Position numbers and translations under genes: made by a program
The notes under the pieces: generated by a model
Told to the model about the DNA's origin: nothing
The model's database searches: none
Seen by the model: only the letters and a program-made list of their open reading frames with translations
Part shown: piece by piece, positions 21,495 to 34,740 of the stretch
Layout: each line of letters begins with the position of its first letter
How positions within the stretch are numbered: the stretch's first letter is position 1
Assembly (NCBI RefSeq): GCF_006345805.1
Contig: NC_043016.1
Span: 25,234,001 to 25,298,000, forward strand
Source: Octopus sinensis
Lineage: Eukaryota
Reading direction: 5' to 3'
Length of the DNA stretch: 64,000 nt

Positions 21495-21865
21495 GGCGCA
21501 GGAGTGGCTGTGTGGTAAGTAGCTTGCTTACAAACAACATGGTTCCAGGTTCAGTCCCACTGCGTGGCACTTTGGGCAAGTGTCTTCTACTATAGCCTCG
21601 TGCCAACCAAAGCCTTGTGAGTGGATCTGGTAGACGGAAACTGAAAGAAGCCTGTCATATAAATGTGTGTATGTGTTTGTCCCCACAACATCGTTTCACA
21701 ACCGATGCTGGTGTGTTTACGTCCCCGTAACTTAGCAGTTCAGCAAAAGAGTCCAATAGAATAAGTACTAGGCTTACAAAAAATAAGTCCCAGGGTTGAT
21801 TTGCTCGACTAAAGGCAGTGCTCCAGCATGGCCACAGTCAAATGACTGAAACAAGTAAAAGAGTA
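21495..21865 (+). mobile_element. SINE family A
   Basis: GGCGCAGGAGTGGCTGTGTGG (A box), GGTTCAGTCCC (B box), TTGGGCAAGTGTCTT core, tail GAAACAAGTAAAAGAGTA. Confidence 0.9.
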
Positions 21866-21957
21866 TTAGATCAAATTCCTTTCCCCAATCTAAAAAAAAA
21901 AATGAACCAGTATTGCTCTGTTTATACGCTTACTGAGAAGAGAGGAACACCTTAGAT

Positions 21958-22732
21958 CAGGGGTTCCCAAACTTTTTTTGCTGTGGACCACCAAAATAAG
22001 TAATTTTTTCCAAGAACTGCTACTTATAAATATTAGTATAATTTTCACTTTGCAATGAAAGTTCCTTTTTTGTTCTTGTAAGGGACATCACAGAGAACAA
22101 ATAACTGAGAACACCAATAACAAAACCAATTTGCAAATGCACATGATTCTCAAGAAAGCTTTATTTGATAGAATTGAATAGAAAAGGTCACTGAGTCATG
22201 GAAAACACCCACTTTTATTCAGAAAAAAGCTGTACAGTTAAAATATAACAATGTGAAGGGTAAATTAAAAAAATATGAGGATCTGTACAAAAGGTTGTGT
22301 AAACATTTGAGGGAATATAACAAATTGAATTAATTTTAAAATGTCAGTGACAAGTCGTCAAGAAAAATGTCAAGAAACCTTCAGTGAGATCCTTAGGCTT
22401 GCTTTTTAATCAACAAGCTGAGAAATCCTTGGCTCAAGCGAATTCTGAAATCAGCATTGTTATTGAGGTTCAAACGCTGTGTGTTTTTAATGCTCGCAAA
22501 CGTGAATCCAATTGTACACACCTGTACCTGTCTGGTACGCGTCCATGTATGATTGGATAGCTAATCACCCAATAGGCAATGAGTGCACTCATATGTGCTC
22601 ATGCATATGCAATGAGGCATATTTCATTTGCATGATGTATGTGTACGGAAAAATTTAAATTCTTCGGGTGGACCACAGAAAATTTTTCACAGACCATCTG
22701 AATTTTCCTATGGACCAGGTTGGGAAGCCCTG
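21958..22732 (-). mobile_element. Non-autonomous hAT (Buster/Charlie type) element with TIRs and 8-bp TSD
   Basis: TIRs CAGGGGTTCCCAAAC and GGTTGGGAAGCCCTG; identical TSD CCTTAGAT at 21950-21957 and 22733-22740 with central TA; degenerate transposase C-terminus (..PRISQLVD..) on the minus strand. Confidence 0.9.
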
Positions 22733-22949
22733 CCTTAGATAATGTAGTCCTAAACAAGCAATGCCTAAAAGTAAAAAAAAAAAACTTGCCATAGCATGGA
22801 AGCCTTTGATCACAGGTCTGTTCACTTACAACTTAATCTGATTAATAACTAAAAAAAGTATCTGTTCCCTAAACGGTCCTTAATGTTTATGCATAGAATA
22901 TGGGTATCCAGCAGGATCAAAGTTAAGGCTCAGATTGAGCTAACAGTAA

Positions 22950-23340
22950 CATGATTACTAAACCTAATAGGTTCAAGAATGGAAGAATCATGATGAGGCA
23001 AGGTGCAGAGATGCAATGGCATAGTATGGGTTTTGGGGTTTGGCCACTCTGTGTGGTAACATAACACCTTTGACTACCCCAAATACATACATATAAAGTG
23101 ACCACTCTCAATGCTAAACAGACCCCATGCTACCCCACTGCAGAGATGGATAAGGTAAGGTTGTGTGGCAAGAAGTCAATTAAAGCCTTGTAAGTGAATG
23201 AGGTGAACAGCTTCATTGAGGAGATGACAAGGGACTGAGATGAAATGAGGCTCTTGTGAAGACCCACCCACCTCAGTGAAACTGAGTTTTGGAAACACTG
23301 TGTGTTCCACCAACATGTAACATTAAATTTTTCACACATC
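22950..23340 (-). mobile_element. Highly degenerate Penelope-like RT fragment
   Basis: Weak, frameshifted resemblance to SLYTxIPH and GVAMG RT motifs. Confidence 0.3.
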
Positions 23341-23619
23341 CTACCCTAATAGACTAAACTACATCTCCTCTTCTTTATCATCTCTCCCTGCCCTGCTAAC
23401 TGTATCACTCCTATCTTGTCATACCCTTATATACCCAAGTTTCACCAGTCACTTGCATCTCCCCACCCCCTTTTGCATTCATGTTAATTCCCTACTTATG
23501 TATCCTGTGGAATCCTCTACCACCCCATTTATATTTACATCCTCATACCTGGAGAATATTCCCTGGCACATTGCCACCATTTCCCTCTCTATCTATCTCT
23601 CTTCCTTTCCCCCTCTGAC

Positions 23620-23960
23620 TGGGGTAACCATGTAACTCCTTTACAGCAAGACACCTGTTTCTGTCCCACCGTTTTACTCTGACCTCTCATTACCAAGTGT
23701 AAATCCACTTCCTTCATTACCACCCTTTCTCAAAGGATCTTTGTCTTGCAAGTTAGTTGGTGACGTTCCTGGTGCTGGTGTCAGGTAAAAAAAAAACATC
23801 CAGTTCATTCTGTAAAGTAGTTGGTGTTTTTAGGGCATCCAGCCATAAAAATAATGCCAAAGTCCTCGCCAATCCTGGTGCCACATAAAAAGTACCTAGT
23901 CCACTCTGTAAAATGGTCGGCATTAGGAAGGTCATCCAGCCATAAAAACCACACCAAAGG
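23620..23960 (+). repeat. Unclassified repeat, related to 56990-57200
   Basis: Shared TTACAGCAAGACACCTGTTTCTGTCCC...GTCTTGCAAGTTAGTTGGTGAC and an RTE-like downstream segment. Confidence 0.5.
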
Positions 23961-24125
23961 CGGCAAGCTGGCAGAAACGTTAGGACATTGGGCAAAATGC
24001 TTAGCGGTATTTCGTCTGCTGTTATGTTCTAAGTTCAAATTCCACTGAGGTTGACTTTGCCTTTCATCCTTTTGGGGTCTTGTCTGTCTCCTCTATGTTT
24101 AGCCCCTTCTGGGCAATAAAGAAAT
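23960..24125 (+). mobile_element. SINE family B (Nin/Deu-like), internally deleted
   Basis: GCTGGCAGAAACGTTAG...GACTTTGCCTTTCATCCTTTTGGGGTC...TTTAGCCCCTTCTGGGCAATAAAGAAATA. Confidence 0.8.
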
Positions 24126-24289
24126 AAGAAACCACACCAAAGCAGACAGTAGAGCTTGGTGTAGTCTTCTGGCTTACAAGCTCCAGTCAAACTGTCCAAC
24201 TCATGCCAGCATGGTAGACAGACATTAAATGATGATGATGATGATGGCACATATATGCATGCATGCATACAGGATAACAAAAAAGAAAA

Positions 24290-24700
24290 CACCAACAGAC
24301 AAAATCAACCATATTGAGACCAATGAGTCAAAAGAATGTTGGTGGGACTTAAAATATTGTTATGTGGGAAGACAAAGAAAAGATATATTCTGTTGTGGAA
24401 ATCAGCTGCCCTCTGGACACCAATGTGGTTAGAAAAATACAAGAGAGAAAGGATATCTATGGAGTATTGATAAGGAGTTTGCAAATCCAGTAACCAAGAC
24501 ACACTTTCAGGTTCATACTTAGTATTATTGAAGCAACAGGATACATACCAACCTGTCTGGAGCAAAGTAGGACCAAACTTGGGATCTTGGAGAGAGAATG
24601 CAAATCCTTAATTCATGCAATGCAAATGATCACAATATCTGGAACTGTAAAAATTTGTAAGATGTTCTTAAGATTTAAAGGACGATGGTTTAAAACAAGA
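24290..24700 (+). mobile_element. 3' remnant of a restriction-like-endonuclease LINE (R4/Dong-like)
   Basis: Frame VMWEDKEKIYSVVEISCPLDTNVVRKIQERKDIYGVLIRSLQ and terminal MQMITISGTVKICKMFLRF resemble the C-terminal endonuclease of R2/R4-type LINEs. Confidence 0.7.
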
Positions 24701-27140
24701 TGCTTTCCTTCACAATCTTGCTACCAAGTAGGTGACTGGTCAAAATTTACTCTAAAATTAAAAATAGAAAGAGAACACGAACACACACACACAAGTCTCT
24801 TATTAGACAGATAGTCATGATAGGTATATTGGGCTTCATATATTTGTACAAGAGAAAGAGAAAATATAGAAAATGCATACATACATACAAGATATGCCAC
24901 CAATATACATACACCATTTGTAGCTGTTTCATATTTTATATCTAAAGCCTTTAGTATCATATCAGGACACTTCCCCTTCTCCAGACCAAGCGATAAAAAT
25001 AAGAAAATCACAACAGACTTACATTTTATATATGTGGTATTTGTTTAATGAATGATATTCAATTGTATTTTTGAAAATTGTTCAAAATAGAAATTTTGAC
25101 ATTCATACCTTTCCTTGGGACTGTCTTTTAAACTGGGTTTCTTGAAAAATTCTTGAGGTTCTGTGAGAAAAGACGCCTTTTAACTTTTAATAAAATCTAA
25201 TAAAAAATATTGATTGTTAAAAGATATCATTCACCATTTTAAAAATATTACAGTGTATGAATTCTCTTTTTGGAACATTTTTCTGTTTCACCTAGTTTTA
25301 ATAAAATTAGACTGGTGGGGTGAATTATCAGTATGAGTTGGGGGGGGGGGGAAATCTAAAGGTTCCATAGCAAAATAGTCTGAGAACCGTCACCTAAAGG
25401 CACTTATTAATAATAGAAATGAAAACAAAGAATTAGTAGGATGTAGGTGACTAAGCCAAAATTCAAAACCAACTCAAAGATTTAGTCCACATTTCGTGAT
25501 TGAGATATATAAACATTCTATCACTTTTCGAACAATGTTTTCCTATTATAAACACACATTTGCATGGTATCCCGTCCTATTATGTTTTCACTTATTATGA
25601 AAATCCTAAGACAACTGTTCTGAAACGTATTCTGTCGTGGAATACGTGATTTTCCCAAAATTTACAAAACCAATAAATATCATCTTCATTTCACTGACAA
25701 CCACCGCCACTCTAATTTTAATAAGATGTTATTAATTAAACGAAGCAAATGTGATGCTATGTCTATAGAGTACCTAAGTATGCTTTTGGCAGTGCAAAAT
25801 ATCAGTAGCAAGATACAGAGGAAAACAAGAAAAGTGGTGAAGTCATGTCTAAGATATGCTCGAGCTTCGTTGAAGAATACGAGGTCAAAATCGGGAGAAT
25901 TTATAACACATCGTATCATAGACGACATCCACGTTACAAGTAGATGTTAGAATAATTACATAATGGGATAAGTACAACTCAAAGCATGTGTATAGACATT
26001 TTTTTTTTAATCAGCAGAAGTTCCAAAGTGACTCAAGGGCCGAGATTTTCGTGCAGGTCCTTGGAGTCAATTTGTACATTCAGCAGATTAAAAATCATAT
26101 GAATGTATATATATATATACAGCTACTTAGTCGAGGCGAATCCTTTTTGACAATAATAAACGACGATAACATTTAGCAAATACAGAATTCAGCATTCTTT
26201 TGTTTTTATAACAATAACCGGTTTTGATAGCACTATCCGTTATTAGAAGCAACTTCCACTATTACAATATAATATATATATATATATATATATAAATGCT
26301 GTCGCATGCCAAGAAAGAGATTTAGGATAAGGAGTATTGAAAACGCGTGTAAAGAGAGGAGAGAGAGAGAGCAGAAACATTTCTCCTTATCAGAAACTAG
26401 TGGAAATATTTTAACAGATGGTTGGAAAACATATCAGGTTTATCAGATTATTTTTCTCTCGGAATGTTTGCAAACATTGAAGGGGAAATTAGCACGTGAT
26501 TCATTTTGTGGAATGGTAAATAAATGTTTCACTACGGAAAGAGACTGTCACTTTATTTTTTCTTTCTTTCTTTACTTTTTTTTTTGTGCTATAATATACA
26601 AACGAGACACGCTGCTCAGTCTAATTACAAAAAAAGACATGGCTTGGATCTTTTAGTGGAGTTAGTTTACTAAAATAATTATAAAGATAAGTGGAATGTG
26701 AGAGTGAAAATGTTGTTTTGGGACCGATGGTATAAATATGGTGGAGGTGGCGATTATACTCTTGTGGGCGTGGAAATGACTATCAGGCTGTGTAAAGCGT
26801 GTATAAATATTTATTTAGATGTTGATTGAAGAATTGGCCGAATTGAAAGATGACGAAGATTTATAAATAAAAAATTCACAAGAGTTGCAAGTGAAAAAAA
26901 AAAAAAGAGATGAAATATCTTCGATGATTCGAAACTAGTTTTAAATCATGTAGGAGCGAGAAAGCAGCCATGATTGTTCTGTCAGCTGTTATATGGAAGA
27001 GGAGGAGACATGGGCAGCTTCGAGAAGGTTATAAATTGTTTCAAGTGTCTTTCCCACTTTTGTACCAGTACGGATGATGTTTCGACGTCCATCTGTGACG
27101 ATTAAACTAAAATATTTTCCTCGATATTAACACACACACA

Positions 27141-27173
<33 letters not shown>

Positions 27174-27922
27174 GATGTATGTATATAACGTGTCCATACA
27201 AAATAAATATATCTAAATGTTTTATAGCAAAACAAATGAAGGGGACGAAATAATTTTAAAAATTTGACACATCTTCACTTGCCAAAAACAGGCAATAAAT
27301 AAATAAATTTAGCCATTAAGTAAGTGTTGTTCAGCTCTAGGCCATCCCTGTAAATCAAAGGCGCTCCAGTCACGACAGTCACATTTTTCTATTTCGTTTA
27401 TCTTATACACGATTATATGTGTTTCCCCCCCCCACACACACACACACTTTGCTCATTTTGAGAAAAAGACAACAGTAGAGGAGATAAATGGAAGGTTATT
27501 TTGTTCGACTGATCATAGAAAGGCTTCTCACGCTGGTTCGTTGTATTTAAACAAGTGGGTGGAAGTGTCTTGGCAGTTGAATAATTGAAATATGAGTGCC
27601 CACAGTGAAACAACGATGTTTTATTATTATTATTATCAATCATTGTTTACACTCAACGTAATTAACTGGTAACGAAAAGTACCTGAATTAGATTTACTTT
27701 TACACGATAATACTGTTATTTACAATAAATATTCTAACTTTCAGTCTTATTTTCCCTTCGTTCCCTGGTTGTTTTGATTTTCTTATATTTCTTTTACAAC
27801 AGTAGACATGATGTCATGGAGCACTGACTGGTTGGATACATCAACAAACTTCAACGCTTGTTTCCTCGGATATTTCATTTATCTTAACCTATTATTTTCT
27901 CTCTCTTAATCGTGTTAAATTA

Positions 27923-28350
27923 ATATTGGCAATCTTTCGTCTCTAGTAGACCTTTCCGTCGATTTCCGTAAAAAAATTTTTTTTTTTTACATATGGGCTT
28001 GCGGGAACTTTTGAAGTAATGAGAGCGAAAGAGACTAAGAGAAAGCGATTGTATGACGAGGGAAGTTCTTTTGAAGTTACCGTGCATGGCAAGCATTGAT
28101 GTACATGTGTGTGTGTTTGATGGGGTGTGGGAGACAGACAGTATGTTGTGTAAGTGAAGTGCTTCTGTTAGTGTGTGTGAAGAGACAAAGTAATGTGTGA
28201 AAGAAAGAGATAACTGAAATTTTTTACTCTGTGTATGTGTATATGTATGTATATTACTTCAAAAGTTCCCGCAAGCCCATATGTAAAAAAAAAAATTTTT
28301 TTTACGGAAATCGACGGAAAGGTCTACTAGAGACGAAAGATCGCCAATAT
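27923..28350. mobile_element. MITE with near-perfect TIRs of about 95 bp
   Basis: ATATTGGCAATCTTTCGTCTCTAGTAGACCTTTCCGTCGATTTCCG... and its reverse complement at about 28255-28350; TA-flanked if the TIR starts at TTGGC. Confidence 0.88.
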
Positions 28351-28911
28351 ATTTTATTAATTTCCTAAGATTTGAAACGAAAATATAAACACACATAAAC
28401 TGTTTGAATCAATAACTTTTTCACTTTATGTCTAAATAAAGCACTTGTGTTGTTTTATGCTTATTAATGTCACCGACCCAGTCAGACACTGGAACGAACA
28501 TTCAAGATGATTCAGCCTCATATATTTATCAGAGCACCTTCCACCGAAAAGAAAGAGAAAGAGAGATCAATAATTTCAGGAATATTTCAACAGCTACAGT
28601 TGTTAAAACAACTCCCTCACTTCTATTTCATGTCTGTCTTCCTCCACATTCTGTGTATGTTATTGATTTTCATTGCTATTTAGTGGTTAGTTATTTTCAA
28701 TTGATTTTTTATCATTTTAGGAAGACAAAAAGAAAGGAAGCGAAACATTCATAAAAGATAGGGATGGGGAAAAAGAGATAGTGTTTAGAGCAAAATTGAA
28801 GAAAGCAACGTGATTCAATGATTTCAAATTTGTGAAACCGAAAAAAAAAAAAGACGAAGGAGATTCTCATTAATTAGGTCTAATTATCAAAACACAAACA
28901 GTCGTGTCTAT

Positions 28912-28947
<36 letters not shown>

Positions 28948-30179
28948 ATAGGAATGTATACATATTGGTAGTTATGCTGGTAAATTTATGTGTGTGTAAA
29001 GAGAGAGATATATAAAGTAAAATATGAAATATACATTATATGTATATACACGCTGCTTATTAATAGATAAATAAACGACTTGTGTTGACCTACTAAAGTA
29101 GTAAACATCCTACCTTACCGTTTATCATCCTGGGACCAAGAACTTTTAACACTGACGAGAAATCTATATCCTAAGCTAGCTGGAAATATCCATGTTCGGC
29201 CCTGCCTACTTTATATGCAATAAATTCCAATATACACATTAACTTTTGCCATCATCAATCAACATCTAACTATTGTAGTCGCAAATATTTAAATACCCGA
29301 ATAAGTATATTAAATAACATTAAAAATTTCTATCTCTGCATTACTAAATCCAGCCTTCTGTATTTTATTTTGCTGTGTTTATTTAAACTTTTACTGAGTC
29401 AACTCAATGTTTAAGGCGTGGAAACTCGACATTCTACGTGAACAGACTTGAAAGAATGGTGCATGCAGAAGAAGGAAAGCCTGCGTGGCATTGCTGAGGA
29501 TAACATGTGCCTAATAATCGACATTCTTAACAATTGAGAGACAAGAAATGTTGTTGGAAATGCGAAACTAGCACACACTTACGTAACATAACATGTTTCA
29601 ATCAGAAAAATTGGGAAGGAGAATAATTAGAATAATTAGTTTCTATTTTAATTAAAGAACCAGTAGTTTTCAAGGGATGGACCCAGTCGATTGCATCGAT
29701 CCTGACACTTGAATGATATGATACTTTATTTCATCGACCCCCGCGGGATTTGAACCAAGAAAGTAAAGAGAAACTGTTTCATAATAATAACCGTTTCTAG
29801 TTTGTAATAAAGAGAAAACCGAGGAGGATGTGTGAGTGTATATGATGTATAAATTGAACAAAATAATTTGCTGAGTCACGGTAGATGTTAAACTAGCACT
29901 TGCAATGTAGATATTTTCAAGTAAATTTTGCGCTTCACTTTGCGCGCCCAACGTCTTCTACGGAATACTATAGTTATCGAAAAGAAACCATTTGTCATGA
30001 CCTAAATAAAAGATACTTATATAAATAATTTTCCTCGCAGTCAGCCTTGAAGTGAGTGAACCAACTTCAGTTTTCAGGACAAATATGTGTGTGTATAATA
30101 TCCATCCATCTATATATATATGTGTGTGTGTTTGTGTGTATATAATATATATTTAACACACACACACACATACATATAT

Positions 30180-30230
<51 letters not shown>

Positions 30231-31404
30231 TGTATAGATATACTTATACACATATATATGTATACGGTGTTTTCGAAATGGATTTAAAGAAAACAGATTA
30301 ATGGTCTTTTATTTATTTTTTCATTTATATTGAATTATTGAATTCCTTCTTAATACTTGATATCTGTTTTAGATAAATATTTAGAATATTTGGATCTGTT
30401 ATAAAACAAAAGATCAACAAACTATTTATTGATTAAAAATGAATAAATGTTTCGTTTAATTCACATGCTAAAGAAGCAAATGACAGCAATATTAATGATA
30501 AGGATGAAAGTAGCGGGTGTGAAGGAGATAGAATCACCAAAGCCAACAGGTTAGGTACAAAACAAATGAAATTAGAAATGTAATTTATTCCTTGAAATAT
30601 CATATCCATATTTACGTCATCGTTGAAACAAAAAAAAAAGACATTTATAATAAGGGTCACTCACATTTAGATACCTCTTGCGTCTAATTTAATATATTTT
30701 CATTAACATGAATACACTTACAAAATCAAATAATTTAAAACTATTTTCGTCATAGTTTGAAATATTTCTGCTTTGTTAATTTTAATGCATACAAAAGATG
30801 CTTTAAATCATTCATATAGAAAAAAAGCTTCTTGTAGATAAAATATATTACGTAAAAACAAATGCCTTAAGAAATTATAAATGTTAAAAATAATTTTGTT
30901 GATAATAAAAAATATGTGCATTTGTCCAATTTTTGCCCTTATTCTTTTAGACAAGACTTATATCTCAACATCTCAAATGAACTGAGTTTTTTCCTATTTA
31001 TTTTGATGGGGAGAAGTTGTCTCCAGGGCAATTTTAGGATAGACTTATTAATCTGCAGAATTTAGAGTGCGGTTAACATTCTGTTTCAACATATGGGTTG
31101 TTGATGGATAAAAAACAATATTAGTAATATATCTCTCTGTCCTTGATAGTTTGAATAACTTGAGGAACTAAATAACATAATTTTAATATCATTTAGAAAA
31201 CCCTTGTTTTCAGACAAACAAGAAGTCAATGAATCATATACAGAGAGCAGCATGAAAGAATATGAATAACCTAATCTGTTGCTCAATTTAACAACCAGCA
31301 TCTGGCTTTTTGAGATCCTTTTGCTAAATCCACAATATTGCAAGCATTTGAAATACACCTCTGGTATGAGAATAAGTAAATATCTTGATGTGTTATTTCC
31401 TTAC

Positions 31405-31478
31405 TGAATCTTTCCTTCCATAAGACCACTGTTTGTTAGAGGGTGCAGAGAAAAGTTGTTTTCCAATAGAAATTCAAC
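31405..31478 (-). CDS. Candidate internal exon of an unidentified gene
   Basis: TTAATTTTCAG acceptor, open frame VEFLLENNFSLHPLTNSGLMEGKI, GTAAGG donor; no homology recognised. Confidence 0.3.
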
Positions 31479-31514
31479 CTGAAAATTAACACATGGTGAT
31501 GCAATTCTATTTAC

Positions 31515-31560
<46 letters not shown>

Positions 31561-31573
31561 CTGTATGCGTGTG

Positions 31574-31604
<31 letters not shown>

Positions 31605-31656
31605 GTATATACATACACACACACACATTTATATATAAGGAAAATCACCTGCTAAG

Positions 31657-31836
31657 CTATTTCTTTACTACCCACAAGGGGCTAAATACAGAGAGGACAA
31701 ACGGATTAAGTCGATGATATCAACCCTAGTGCGTAACTGGTACTTATTTAACGACCCCAAAAGGATGAAAGGCAAAGTCAACTTCGGTGGAATTTGAACT
31801 CAGAATGTAGCGGCAGACGAAATACCACTAAGCATT
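31657..31836 (-). mobile_element. SINE family B
   Basis: Reverse copy with the Nin/Deu-like core and tail GCCCCTTGTGGGTAGTAAAGAAATAG. Confidence 0.85.
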
Positions 31837-31849
31837 TAGCATCAAGGCT

Positions 31850-32700
31850 CTTAGGACTGACCATCAGCCTCAAGAAAACAGTGATCCTAGTCCAAGCAGC
31901 CCCAAACACGATTCACCTCCAACATCACCACTGAAGAAGTCCAGCTTAAGTGTGTGGAAAGTTTCAGGTACCTTGGCAGCACAATCTCAGCCAATGGATC
32001 ATTAGACAGTGAAATATTATCCAGAATCCACGGGGGCAGCCAAGCAGTTGGAAGACTGGAAGTGAAAATCCTCCAGCAGAAAGGCATAAGACAATTGACA
32101 AAGCTCAAGATCTACAGGGCTGTAGCCATTTCTAACTACACTAAGGATGTTTAAATATAGACCCCCATACTGTTGGTACATCAAAAAGCTGGAACAATTT
32201 CACTGTACAGGATCATGGGCATTTGCTGGCAGGACAGTGTGACAAACAAAGAAGTACTGGACAGAGCTTATTCAACAAGCATTGCATCAATGTTGCTGAA
32301 GGCTCAGTTATGCTGGACTGGCCATGTCATCAAAATGGCTGACAACAATTTACCCAAACAGCTATTGTACAGCAAGCTCACGCAATCAAGGAAGACCTAA
32401 ACTGAGGTACTAAAACACTCTGAAAAGTAACTTCAAAGGAAGCAGCATTAGCCCATGTGAACTCAAAGCCTCTTCCACAGACAGATCAATGTGAAGATCT
32501 CTCACCTCACAAACAGTAGCTGCCTTCAAAGACGACCAATGACAGCATCTCAATGCTGCAAGACATCAGAGGGCAGCATCTGCCTTAGTAACATCTGTGA
32601 GCACCTGTGTGCTTCCAGCTTTGGACTGTGGGGTCATATACTTTCTCATCACTGAGAACAGATTTTGTCATCATCGGACACCGATGGACTACCTACCATA
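31850..32700 (+). mobile_element. RTE (BovB-like) LINE remnant
   Basis: ESFRYLGSTISANGSLDSEILSRI..TKLKIYRAV and KAQLCWTGHVIKMADNNLPKQLLYS. Confidence 0.85.
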
Positions 32701-32879
32701 TATATAGCCATCCATTCATTGACTTAGACTTACAGAGATCAGAGATCAAAGAAAGAAATAGTAGTACCTCTCAAATCCTAGTTTAATCTCCCTTACTCTG
32801 TTGCTAGTCTTGAAGTTCCTGAAATGGTTGAATGGTTGAAGGCACATTTCATTGCAATAATGTGTGTGTGTGTGTGTGT

Positions 32880-33330
32880 GCATGCAGCACATACACAGGA
32901 TTCTGGGTTCATTCTCACTGTGTGGCACCTTGGGTAAGTGTCTTGTACTATCATCATCATCATTGTTCGACCGTGGTCGAGACAATGGAATTTACCATGT
33001 TGCGCCAGACTTCACGGTCCATATACTTGTACTATAGCTTCATACCAACCAAAGCATTATGAGTGAATCTAGAAGACAGAAACTAAAAGAAGCCTGTCGT
33101 GTATGCATGTGTGTGTGTTACTGTCTTCCTGCCTTCTGTGATAATTGTAAACAAGTGTCCCTGTCGTGCAAGTGGTGTTTTGTTTCCAATAATTATTTGT
33201 AAACTTATCTGATTAGGGGGCATACCTTACTTGGAAACAAGAAGGGTATCCAGCCATAGAAAATCTGTGTCAACAAATTCCATTAAACCCATGCAAGTAT
33301 GGAAAAATGAACATTAACATGATAATAATC
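32880..33330 (+). mobile_element. SINE family C with a nested micro-insertion
   Basis: Family A-type head (GGGTTCATTCTCACTGTGTGGCACCTTGGG) and RTE-like tail (ACCCATGCAAGTATGGAAAAATGAACATTAA). Confidence 0.7.
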
Positions 33331-33363
33331 ATGTTGATGATATATGTCTATGATATATATGTA

Positions 33364-33400
<37 letters not shown>

Positions 33401-33526
33401 CAACTTACGGATATTACAATTTCATATTATTTATTAATTATACAAAGAGGAACATGAAAATCGAACAAAACAATATACATCAATATGCAAATTAATAATA
33501 AAATTTAAATAATACAAATAAACTGC

Positions 33527-33658
33527 TCCTTACAGCTGTTTCAGCCTATGGTCAAGAGGCAATCCACCTTAAATTGCTCATATATGCCATTGTAGTATAG
33601 TCTTAGACATTAAAGATTATATTTGTCTGTTTAAATAACCAAAGGCCTCGTCAGAGGA
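33527..33658 (-). ncRNA. Type I hammerhead ribozyme with a long helix II insertion
   Basis: Minus strand TCCT-CTGACGA-GGCCT(95 nt)AGGCT-GAAAC-AGCT-GTA-AGGA; palindromic helix III ACAGCTGT. Confidence 0.7.
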
Positions 33659-33819
33659 TATACATAACTAAAAAGTTATAATAATAATATTGATATATAA
33701 AAAACATGCTTCCCATATTATCCAATAAGTACAAGAAAATAAATGGTGAAAGAGATACTCAAAATATAACCACATATATACATATAAAATATATACATAT
33801 AAAATATATACATATATAC

Positions 33820-34125
33820 ATATAAAAGCACTATCCAAATCGTGGCCGATGCCAGTGCCGCCTCAACTGGCTTCCATGCCAGTGACACATAAAATACACC
33901 AATCTGACCATGGCCGTTGCCAGCCTCGCTTGGCACCTGTGCAGGTGGCACGTAAAAAGCACCCATTACACTCACGGAGTGGTTGGCGTCAGGAAGGGCA
34001 TCCAGCTGTAGAAACATTGCCAGATAAGACTGGAGCCTGGTGCAGCCTTCTGGCTTCCCAGATCCCCGGTCGAACCGTCCAACCCATGGAGAACGGACGT
34101 TAAACGATGATGATGATGATGATGA
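33820..34125 (+). mobile_element. Short RTE 3'-end copy
   Basis: Ends GAACGGACGTTAAACGATGATGATGATG. Confidence 0.88.
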
Positions 34126-34559
34126 TACATATATGTATATATATATATATATATACACACATAACCACATATATACATATAAAATATACAAATATACATA
34201 CATATATACATATAGGCAAATCGTACATATTAATCACATGTGCAAAAAACATGAAGAACAACATTGAACAGTATATCACATTACTTTGGATTATCATGCT
34301 TCATATAGATCAGTAAGTGCATTCTAATGTAATATATTACCATTTTTAACAAAACCAACAGTAATGTTGTTTTAATGGTAATACTAAACAACGTAACAAA
34401 ATTCATGAAGCAAGGTACCAAGTATAAATGTTCACACTATCCCATAGTGGGTTACCCTCACAACCCCTATCTTACTTTGTATATTTGATTTTGATTTTTG
34501 ATTTTCCAGTTTCAGCTAAAATTATTTCAACTCTAGGCTCAAGGCCTTGAAAATTTCTG

Positions 34560-34740
34560 TGGGATGGGAATGAGTCAATTACATTGACTCCAGTGCATGA
34601 CTGGTACTTATTTCATCACTCTCAAAAAGATGGAAGGCAAAGTCGACCTCAGCAGAATTTGAACTCAGAATGTAATGGCAGACGAAATGCCACTAAGCAT
34701 TTTGCATGGCGTGCTAACAATTCTGCCAGTTCCCTGCCTT
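34560..34740 (-). mobile_element. SINE family B
   Basis: GGAAGGCAAAGTCGACCTCAGCAGAATTTGAACTC...CTAACAATTCTGCCAG. Confidence 0.8.

Noticed and set aside
21495-21570. tRNA gene (also at other SINE heads)
   Set aside because: A and B boxes are present but I could not form a cloverleaf, and the sequence continues into a SINE body found in many copies.
24305-24565. 86-aa minus-strand ORF as a host exon
   Set aside because: The plus strand encodes a recognisable LINE restriction-like endonuclease remnant.
30460-31250. Plus-strand exon candidates (NSHAKEANDSN.. and DKQEVNESYTESSMKEYE)
   Set aside because: No upstream acceptor or unambiguous frame; several incompatible joins are equally plausible.
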